From Bacteroidales bacterium (GTDB lineage Bacteria; Bacteroidota; Bacteroidia; Bacteroidales; ML635J-15), in NCBI GenBank assembly GCA_963676165.1, contig OY781043.1, positions 633,342-697,341 of the forward strand: a stretch of 64,000 bases of DNA. The letters run 5' to 3'. Below are positions 57,349 through 64,000 of this stretch, piece after piece. How positions within the stretch are numbered: position 1 is the first letter of the stretch; the number at the start of each line of letters is the position of its first letter. The translations under genes were made by a program, and so were the position numbers. The notes under the pieces are model-generated. The model saw nothing but the letters and a program-made list of their open reading frames with translations. It was not told where the DNA came from and did not search any database.

Positions 57349-57828
57349 ATGGCTTTCGAACGTAAACGTAAAAAAAGTTCACCAGGTATCAGTACAGCTT
57401 CATTACCGGATATTGTATTTATGTTGCTCTTCTTTTTCATGGTAGCAACGGTAATGCGTGAAGTGGAACTTAAAGTGGAAGTTGGAGCTGGTGATCTTCC
57501 TGAAGCAACCGAGATTAAAAAACTCGAAAAGAAATCACTTGTTAGTTACATCTATGTTGGTGAACCAAAACCATCATTTCGCGCAATGTATGGAACTGAA
57601 CCTCGTATTCAGTTGAATTCTTCATTTGCTGATGTAAGTGATATTCGTGATTATATTGTCGCTGAAAGGGAATTGCGTGACGAAGCTGAAATTCCTTTTA
57701 TGACAACTTCACTTAAAGTACATGAGGATACCAAAATGGGTATCGTTACTGATATTAAGCAAGAGTTGCGTAAAGCATCTGCTTTGAAAATCAATTATTC
57801 TGCACGTGAAAGAACGCAAGATTTGTAA
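57349..57828 (+). CDS. exbD: biopolymer transport protein ExbD/TolR (second paralog)
   Basis: SLPDIVFMLLFFFMVATVM TM motif. 159 aa. Confidence 0.8.
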   Translation: MAFERKRKKSSPGISTASLPDIVFMLLFFFMVATVMREVELKVEVGAGDLPEATEIKKLEKKSLVSYIYVGEPKPSFRAMYGTEPRIQLNSSFADVSDIRDYIVAERELRDEAEIPFMTTSLKVHEDTKMGIVTDIKQELRKASALKINYSARERTQDL

Positions 57829-57850
57829 ACCACATTCTATGAATAATTTA

Positions 57851-57876
57851 AAGGGAGCTTTGGCTCCCTTTTTTAT
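57851..57876 (+). terminator. rho-independent terminator after exbD2
   Basis: AAGGGAGC (57851-57858) pairs with GCTCCCTT (57863-57870), followed by a T run. Confidence 0.8.
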
Positions 57877-57912
57877 TCCGTGATTTCGCATTTTTATCCT
57901 AAATTATCTCTA

Positions 57913-57920
57913 TATTTTTG
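57913..57920 (+). promoter_or_regulatory. candidate -7 box TATTTTTG, 178 nt upstream of the next ATG
   Basis: This is the only TAnnTTTG match in the 57877-58097 intergenic region. It would imply a long 5' leader. Confidence 0.2.
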
Positions 57921-58097
57921 TTAATTTTACGCAAAGTTTAGACAACCTTTTTGTGATCTAATCGTCACAAGGGTGAATGATTAATGTTGTTTGGTGAATT
58001 TTATAACAGATTGGATGACTGAAAGATAATTTTCAGGTCTGTGTCGCAGACAAATTTTCCATCAACATATTAAATCGAAAAACGAAAAATAATTGTA

Positions 58098-58535
58098 ATG
58101 AAAAGAATTAGCCTAATTGTTGGTTTGTGTTTTGCTGTCGGTAGCCTGTTTGCTCAGGATATTGTTGAGCCTGATAGTAGAATGTTTGCACGCTATTCCG
58201 AAAGTCGTGTCAGTGAACTTATTCAAGAAAATCCTGCTCGAATTGATTGGATGAATTTTGAATTGGAAAATGGATATGAAATTATCCAAATGGATGAAGC
58301 CAAAGTGCAAGATTTACCATTCTTGTACACATTGAATTTAGAAGAAAAAGCAGATGGAGTTATGGTTCAGGAAATTAGTGAGCAAAGCTTTAATCTGTAT
58401 CTCTATAATTTTAAAAGAGATCAAGACAAAGACAATTACTATCGCATCGGTTATACAGGACAGGTTTTAAAAATTCAGTCTAAACGTACACTGGTAAAAC
58501 AGTATAATGAAAGTAAGCATTATGAAAACTTATAA
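58098..58535 (+). CDS. hypothetical secreted protein
   Basis: Signal peptide (VGSLFAQ). 145 aa. It overlaps the adhesin start by 14 nt. Confidence 0.45.
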   Translation: MKRISLIVGLCFAVGSLFAQDIVEPDSRMFARYSESRVSELIQENPARIDWMNFELENGYEIIQMDEAKVQDLPFLYTLNLEEKADGVMVQEISEQSFNLYLYNFKRDQDKDNYYRIGYTGQVLKIQSKRTLVKQYNESKHYENL

Positions 58536-61500
58536 AATATTTCTGACGGCCTTATTAGTGAGCATTTTTGGTCTGTTTTCACAAGCTCAAACGTATTTGA
58601 TTTCTGATGGTGGTACTATTAACACTTGCTCCGGAACACTATATGATTCTGGTGGACCTACTGGTAATTATCAAAATGACGAAGATTATACTATAACTAT
58701 TTGTTCGGATACTGGGAGTCCAATAGAATTGGATTTTACGGTGTTTAACACAGAAGTTGATGATTTGACAATTTATGATGGACCAAATACTAGTAACCCG
58801 ATTTTAATTACTGGAGATGGAAATGACTTGTTGGGTGAGTTTATCGTGTCCTCAGGGAATTGTTTGACTTTGAATTTTAATTCTGATTATTCAATTTCGT
58901 ATGCTGGTTTCGCTGCAGAAATCTCTTGTGCCATGGCTTGTCAGAATTTTGATGTAGATATTATCAATACTGATCCTGCAATCACAAACACTGATTCCAT
59001 GTGGATTGATGTTTGTCAGGGAACAGAAATAACATTTACTGCAGATGGATCTTTTCCAAATAGTGGAACTGATTATGTCCAAAATAATGGTAATACTGAA
59101 TTTAATTGGAATGTAACCAATGGTGATATTAATGAGAATTTTACTGGTGATGGTTTGACTGATTTTACCTATGAATTTGTTGATGGCGGTGGATATTTTA
59201 TTACGCTAACCGCAACGGATGCAAATGGTTGTGATAATCAGAATTTTGAACAATTGCGCGTGAGAGTTTCCTTAACCCCGAGTTTCGACGGTACAAACTT
59301 AGACCCTTTGGTAGTTTGTGCAGGACAAGATGTGAGTTTGAATGGGCAAGGCTTTGTTACTCCTGTCACATGGCACATTCCAATTCCTACTGAAGTTGCT
59401 GGAACAACATATTTGCCTGATGGTAGTGGAGCGGAATATACAACGAGTATTAATCATACTGTTTTTAATCCGGGGCAAACTCTTGACGATGCAAACGATC
59501 TTATTGCAATTTGTTTAAATATTGAGCACTCATACATGGGTGACTTAGATATTTGGATCGAATGTCCTAGTGGTGAAACTGCTTATCTTTTTGAGCAAGC
59601 TTGTTCAAGTGGTTATTTTGGTGACCCAATTGATGGTGACTCTAGCCCAACACCTGGTGTAGGTTATGATTACTGTTGGACTATGGGAGCAAGTACTACC
59701 ATGGAAGATGATTGCCCGGGTGGAAGTAACTCTTTACCTTCAGGCGATTATTTACCAATAGACGATTTTACAAATCTTGAAGGATGTGATCTTAATGGTG
59801 ATTGGACAATTCATGTACTTGATAACTTGAGTATTGATAATGGATACATTTTCTCTTGGCAGTTAATCTTTAACCCAGACATTATCCCTGACGATTTGTG
59901 GAGCTTTACAAATGCATATGATGATGCAAATAGTTACTGGTCTGGAGAGTTTATTGCAACTGATGTAAACGGTAATGCAGTATCAAACCCAACAACTGAA
60001 GGTATGGTAGATTATACTTTTACTGCAGTTGATGATTTCGGTTGTGCTTATGATACAACACTGAATGTTACTGTATTGCCAGCAGATGACCCAACCTGTT
60101 GTAGTGAACCTACAGCCAATGTTGGTCCTGATGATGTGGTATGTTCAGATACTTATGTGTTATCTACAGATCTTACCTTACCAGTAAATACTGTTTTGTG
60201 GACACAGGTAAGTGGCCCCGGAACTGCAAACTTTAATGGTCAGGAAACTTCTACTGACCCAACTGTCACTGTAGATACTTATGGTGTGTATGAATTCCAA
60301 GTTAGAGAGCAAAATATTTCTCCATCTTGTTCAGATTCTGCAATCATTGAAATCACATTCTATGATACGCCAACCCCAACTTTTACAACAACATTTGTCC
60401 CTTGTTATGGTGATTCGACCTTGGTGACTTACACAGGAACTGCTACCGCTGCGGCCAACTTTACTTGGGATCTTGATGGCGGGACTGCAACAGGAACAGG
60501 TGCTGGTCCGTTTGATGTTTTCTGGACAGATGCTGGATTACACACTATTACCCTGTCCGTTGAAGAAAATGGTTGTGTTTCTCCTGATACATCCATCAAT
60601 ATTATTCACCCAGAAGAATTGACTCATGTTTTAACAACTGAAGATGATCCTTGTTTTAATTCTTGCGGTGGTTCTGCAGAAGTTGACGTTCAAGGAGGTA
60701 CTTTACCATACACCTATTCATGGGGAGCTAATAACATGATTGAAGATTTGTGTGCTGGACCTTATGCTATTACTGTAACTGATAATAATGGTTGTGAAGT
60801 TTCAGAGCCTTTTACCATTTCAGAACCACCTGAATTGGTGATCAACTCAACATCTACACAGGATTTAACTTGTTTTAACTCTAATGATGGACAGATCGTT
60901 GTAAACGCAAGTGGTGGAACTGGTTCATTAACTTATGCATGGTCAGATGGAGGTCCAAATTCAGGAACTCGTTTGAATATGCCTGCAGGAAACTATAACC
61001 TTATTATTACTGATGAGAATGGTTGTTCTGTACAACAGATATTTACATTAACTCAGCCTAATGAGTTACTTGTTACTATATCACCAGATCAAGCGCATTG
61101 TGAAGGACAGGTAACAACCATAAATAGTAATGCAATTGGTGGAACAGAGCCTTACACATATTATTGGGATCAAGGAGAAGGATTTTTTGCTCCAAATGCC
61201 AATGTGTTAACTGTTTCTCCTGATACAACAACAACTTATATTTTATATGTGGAAGATGCCAATGGATGTACTTCACCTCATGTTAGCTCAACATTGACAA
61301 TTTCTCCGCAAATGTATATGACTTTGACAACTGAAGATAACAGATGTTTTGAATCGTGTGATGGTGAAGCTCAATTGCATATTGATGGTGGTATTCCTCC
61401 ATTCAACTACTCATGGGCATCATCGGGTTCTGTTTATGAGAACCTCTGTGCTGGATTGTATGATGTTACGGTAACAGATATACTTGGATGTCAAGTTGAT

Positions 61501-63063
61501 ACTGTTTTTTATATTGATCAACCAACACAAATGTTTGCAACTGTGTATTCTGATGATGCAACTTGTTTCGGTTACGACGATGGTTCTGCATTTGTTGAAG
61601 TTGTTGGAGGTGTTCCAGGTTACACATATTTGTGGCCTGATGGAACTCAAAATGATTCAGTCGATCAACTGTTTGCTGGCGTGCATGAAGTGACAATTAC
61701 TGACTCACATAACTGCCGTGTAACTGCCGATGCAATGGTTGGTCAGCCTGAGCGTTTGCAAGCGCAACTCGTCGGTGGAAATCGTTGGATATGTAACTCA
61801 AATTCAACAGAACTTAATGCACAAGCAATTGGTGGATCACCATTTACTGGCGGATCATATGATTTCTTGTGGTCTGGTTCAGATGGAACTGATTATGTTA
61901 TTCACAACCCTGTAGTATCTCCTGATACAACTACAACTTACACCTTGACAGTTGTTGACTCTCATGGATGTTCTAGTAATATGTCTAATGTAATTGTGAA
62001 TGTGTACCCTGACTTAGTGATTGAACATGTTACGACAAGTTATGATTCCATTTGTCCTGGAGATCCAGCGATTGTGGAAGTGGATGTGAGTGGAGGAAAT
62101 GGAGGTCCATATTCTCTCACACTGCAGGATGGACAGGTTGTACCAGCTCCTTTCACAGTTTATCCACAAGAAACAACGAATTATATCATTACTTTAAATG
62201 ATGCTTGCGGTTCACCGAGTGTTCAGGATTCCATTGAAATTCTTGTCATGCCAAAACCTGGTAATAGCTTTACTTCTGATAAAGTAGAAGGATGTCCTCC
62301 TTTTAGTGTTAAGTTTAATGAAATGACCGAAGATGAAGGACAAACTTACTTGTGGAGTTTTGGTGACAATGGTTTTGCTTACGTGAAAAATCCAAGACAT
62401 ATCTATCAAGAAGGAGGTCAATATCCTGTAACATTAACTGTTACTTCTGAGTTTGGTTGTAAACATACACGTACCATTGATAATATGATACGTGTATTCC
62501 CAAAACCAGTTGCTGATTTCTATACAGATAATAATTATGTCAGTGTGCTTGATCCGGAAGTTCAATTCTTTAACCTTTCAGAAGGTGCTGATAGTACATA
62601 TTGGTTCTTTGGAGATGGAGACTCTTCACACTTTGTGAACCCTAGCCATAATTTTATTGAGATTGGAGAATATGAAATTCAACTTATTGTTGAGTCAGAG
62701 CATGGATGTTTCGATACGATTCGTAAAGTGATAAATGTGAAGGATGAATTTACTTTCTATGCACCTACCGCATTTAGCCCGAATGGTGATAGCGATAATG
62801 ATTTCTTTATGGTGTATGGAAATGGTATTGATAGCAATGATTTTAGTCTTTTAGTTTATGACAGATGGGGCGAGTTAGTTTTCGAAACAGAAGTTTATGA
62901 TCCCGATAGACCAATGGAATCTGCTTGGGATGGGACTTATAACGGAAACCGTTCAAAAGGTGATAAACTTTTGCATAATGGTATCTACTACTGGTACTGT
63001 AAGTTTAAAGACTATACTGGTGTATGGCATGAAAAAGAAGGTTCAGTAACCTTGTTAAGATAA
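58522..63063 (+). CDS. giant cell-surface protein: CUB-like, PKD-like, proprotein-convertase P domain, SprB-type repeats, 2x PKD and a T9SS type-B C-terminal sorting domain
   Basis: Signal peptide MKTYKIFLTALLVSIFGLFSQAQ. CUB-like domain at about 58590-58930. P-domain-like IEHSYMGDLDIW...GDWTIHVLDN...SWQLIF at about 59500-59880. SprB-type repeats (CF-x-x-C/DG...GG-x-x-PYTYSW...TDxxGC) at about 60640-61760. PKD-like WSFGDG/FFGDGD at about 62280-62750. C-terminus YAPTAFSPNGDSDNDFF...WDGTYNG...NGIYYWY matches the gliding-motility-associated type-B CTD. Confidence 0.85.
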   Translation: MKTYKIFLTALLVSIFGLFSQAQTYLISDGGTINTCSGTLYDSGGPTGNYQNDEDYTITICSDTGSPIELDFTVFNTEVDDLTIYDGPNTSNPILITGDGNDLLGEFIVSSGNCLTLNFNSDYSISYAGFAAEISCAMACQNFDVDIINTDPAITNTDSMWIDVCQGTEITFTADGSFPNSGTDYVQNNGNTEFNWNVTNGDINENFTGDGLTDFTYEFVDGGGYFITLTATDANGCDNQNFEQLRVRVSLTPSFDGTNLDPLVVCAGQDVSLNGQGFVTPVTWHIPIPTEVAGTTYLPDGSGAEYTTSINHTVFNPGQTLDDANDLIAICLNIEHSYMGDLDIWIECPSGETAYLFEQACSSGYFGDPIDGDSSPTPGVGYDYCWTMGASTTMEDDCPGGSNSLPSGDYLPIDDFTNLEGCDLNGDWTIHVLDNLSIDNGYIFSWQLIFNPDIIPDDLWSFTNAYDDANSYWSGEFIATDVNGNAVSNPTTEGMVDYTFTAVDDFGCAYDTTLNVTVLPADDPTCCSEPTANVGPDDVVCSDTYVLSTDLTLPVNTVLWTQVSGPGTANFNGQETSTDPTVTVDTYGVYEFQVREQNISPSCSDSAIIEITFYDTPTPTFTTTFVPCYGDSTLVTYTGTATAAANFTWDLDGGTATGTGAGPFDVFWTDAGLHTITLSVEENGCVSPDTSINIIHPEELTHVLTTEDDPCFNSCGGSAEVDVQGGTLPYTYSWGANNMIEDLCAGPYAITVTDNNGCEVSEPFTISEPPELVINSTSTQDLTCFNSNDGQIVVNASGGTGSLTYAWSDGGPNSGTRLNMPAGNYNLIITDENGCSVQQIFTLTQPNELLVTISPDQAHCEGQVTTINSNAIGGTEPYTYYWDQGEGFFAPNANVLTVSPDTTTTYILYVEDANGCTSPHVSSTLTISPQMYMTLTTEDNRCFESCDGEAQLHIDGGIPPFNYSWASSGSVYENLCAGLYDVTVTDILGCQVDTVFYIDQPTQMFATVYSDDATCFGYDDGSAFVEVVGGVPGYTYLWPDGTQNDSVDQLFAGVHEVTITDSHNCRVTADAMVGQPERLQAQLVGGNRWICNSNSTELNAQAIGGSPFTGGSYDFLWSGSDGTDYVIHNPVVSPDTTTTYTLTVVDSHGCSSNMSNVIVNVYPDLVIEHVTTSYDSICPGDPAIVEVDVSGGNGGPYSLTLQDGQVVPAPFTVYPQETTNYIITLNDACGSPSVQDSIEILVMPKPGNSFTSDKVEGCPPFSVKFNEMTEDEGQTYLWSFGDNGFAYVKNPRHIYQEGGQYPVTLTVTSEFGCKHTRTIDNMIRVFPKPVADFYTDNNYVSVLDPEVQFFNLSEGADSTYWFFGDGDSSHFVNPSHNFIEIGEYEIQLIVESEHGCFDTIRKVINVKDEFTFYAPTAFSPNGDSDNDFFMVYGNGIDSNDFSLLVYDRWGELVFETEVYDPDRPMESAWDGTYNGNRSKGDKLLHNGIYYWYCKFKDYTGVWHEKEGSVTLLR

Positions 63064-63084
63064 TTCTAAACTCTCAATAATAAG

Positions 63085-63114
63085 AAAATGCCTTGTGAAA
63101 ACAGGGCATTTTTA
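63085..63114 (+). terminator. rho-independent terminator after the adhesin gene
   Basis: AAAATGCCTTG pairs with CAGGGCATTTT with one G-U pair and a 6-nt loop, followed by a T run. Confidence 0.75.
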
Positions 63115-63180
63115 TTTGTGATAGTCTGTTTTTGTGCTTAGGGTCATCAAATAAAAAATGGGGCAAATACAAATTTGCAT

Positions 63181-63211
63181 AAAAAAGAAGCCAATCAATT
63201 ATGCTGGCTTC
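63181..63211 (-). terminator. rho-independent terminator for the 63293..63811 gene
   Basis: GAAGCCA (63187-63193) pairs with TGGCTTC (63205-63211). On the minus strand the hairpin is followed by T6 (plus-strand A run 63181-63186). Confidence 0.6.
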
Positions 63212-63292
63212 GTTCGATAAATGCTATGTCGCTTTTGGCATGAATTTTTGCTTTTTTCTGCAAAAATCATGTCCAAAAGCTTACTTCTAAAT

Positions 63293-63811
63293 CTATGCAA
63301 ATAGGTAAGCAATTTCTTTTTTCAAAGCATGAATTGCATCATGGGTTGGTGCTTTATCCTTCTCAATTAAACGGTCGAAAATTTCTCTCGAAAGCTCCAT
63401 CGCACTTGCCTCTGGATTCACTTTGTCTGCAGCATTATTAATAAGCTGAATCGTGAGTTCTTTTGCTGTTCTCACTTTTTCCCAAGATTCGGTTGACAAA
63501 TACAGTTGCTGTGATAAGTTGTGCTCATATTCTGCACGAATTAACTCCAAAAGCTCCTTGTGTAGCTGTGCTGCATTCATGTTCGGTGTCTGCAAGCGTA
63601 CAATAATACTATTTGGTGTAATGCGCTCTAAAAAGATAATTACGCGTTCATATGCCTGAAGTCGGAGCGGAGTTACAATTTTACGATTGTTTACTGCCAG
63701 TTCAATCCGTTTTAAATCCTGCTCTTTTTTACTGTTTCTTTGCATCATATAAACTGCAGTGAACATGACAATTAGTGCAGGAATGCTAACCATTAAAATT
63801 TCTCCGATCAT
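63293..63811 (-). CDS. hypothetical protein with a single N-terminal TM helix
   Basis: 172 aa with an N-terminal hydrophobic helix (ILMVSIPALIVMFTAVYMM) and an otherwise helical, charged sequence. No motif recognised. Confidence 0.5.
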   Translation of the reverse strand: MIGEILMVSIPALIVMFTAVYMMQRNSKKEQDLKRIELAVNNRKIVTPLRLQAYERVIIFLERITPNSIIVRLQTPNMNAAQLHKELLELIRAEYEHNLSQQLYLSTESWEKVRTAKELTIQLINNAADKVNPEASAMELSREIFDRLIEKDKAPTHDAIHALKKEIAYLFA

Positions 63812-63901
63812 AGTCTAATTAATTTGGATGTTTTATAATATACTTTAGTTAATTCTAAAACTTTAAATTTACATAAAATTTTAGATTTTGATATGATGGA
63901 T

Positions 63902-64000
63902 ATGAAAATTTCAAATCGATTAAACGCATTGTCAGTAAGCGCAACGCTTGCAATGACACAAAAAAGCCGCGATTTAGCAGAGCAAGGGATTGATGTCATT
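63902..64000 (+). CDS. class I/II pyridoxal-phosphate aminotransferase (aspartate aminotransferase-like), N-terminal fragment
   Basis: MKISNRLNALSVSATLAMTQKSRDLAEQGIDVI matches the typical AspC-like N-terminus (S-x-T-L-A...K-x-x-x-L-x-x-x-G-x-D-V-I). Alternative ATGs lie at 63893 and 63896. The gene runs off the window. Confidence 0.65.
   Translation, partial: MKISNRLNALSVSATLAMTQKSRDLAEQGIDVI

Noticed and set aside
60640-61760. Periodic repeats in the adhesin gene as a possible CRISPR-like array or tandem DNA repeat.
   Set aside because: The periodicity is at the protein-domain level (SprB-type repeats of about 75 aa) with divergent DNA. There are no identical short direct repeats with unique spacers.
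63808-63999. A 63-aa minus-strand ORF at the window edge.
   Set aside because: The plus strand here encodes a clear aminotransferase N-terminus (MKISNRLNALSVSATLAMTQKSRDLAEQGIDVI), so the minus-strand ORF is its antisense shadow.

Overview
The window looks like low-GC Bacteroidota chromosome, probably Flavobacteriales-like judging by gene content, and it is densely packed with mostly core genes. The dominant theme is type IX secretion and gliding. There is a complete porP-gldK-gldL-gldM-gldN operon at 35.5-41.7 kb. The regulator porX and a SprE/PorW-like TPR lipoprotein sit at 18.5-22.9 kb. Two small cargo proteins carry type-A C-terminal sorting domains (4146-4907 and 10741-11871). One 1513-aa adhesin carries a type-B sorting domain (58522-63063). 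Housekeeping genes include rnhB, kdsB, rpiB, folE, fabD, crcB, tsaE, glmS, panC, panD, radA, a class A PBP, topA, manC, mlaEF-like genes, gdhA, tatD, tRNA-Ser(GGA), an exbB-exbD-exbD set, the futalosine-pathway genes mqnD and mqnB, and an OmpR-type two-component pair. I found no CRISPR array, transposase, integrase, rRNA, or recognisable defence system. The observations most worth a second look are listed here. (1) A 3-kb AT-rich three-gene islet is inserted at the 3' end of fabD and flanked by a 34-bp imperfect direct repeat that duplicates the fabD stop region. It carries a small Cys/Thr-rich lipoprotein next to a MauE/DoxX-thioredoxin fusion. (2) dprA is interrupted by a single in-frame TAG, and the reading frame continues intact for 86 more codons. 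(3) Helically phased direct repeats lie in the divergent promoter of the two-component operon. (4) A 13-bp perfect inverted repeat lies just upstream of the porP-gldKLMN promoter. (5) A translationally coupled gene string (mlaF-like, DUF4296-like, Zn-ribbon membrane protein, amidohydrolase, small radical-SAM protein, GT) has no known collective function. All coordinates for hairpins, repeats and motifs were derived by hand from the printed sequence. All functional calls rest on motifs recognised in the translated ORFs, not on database searches.
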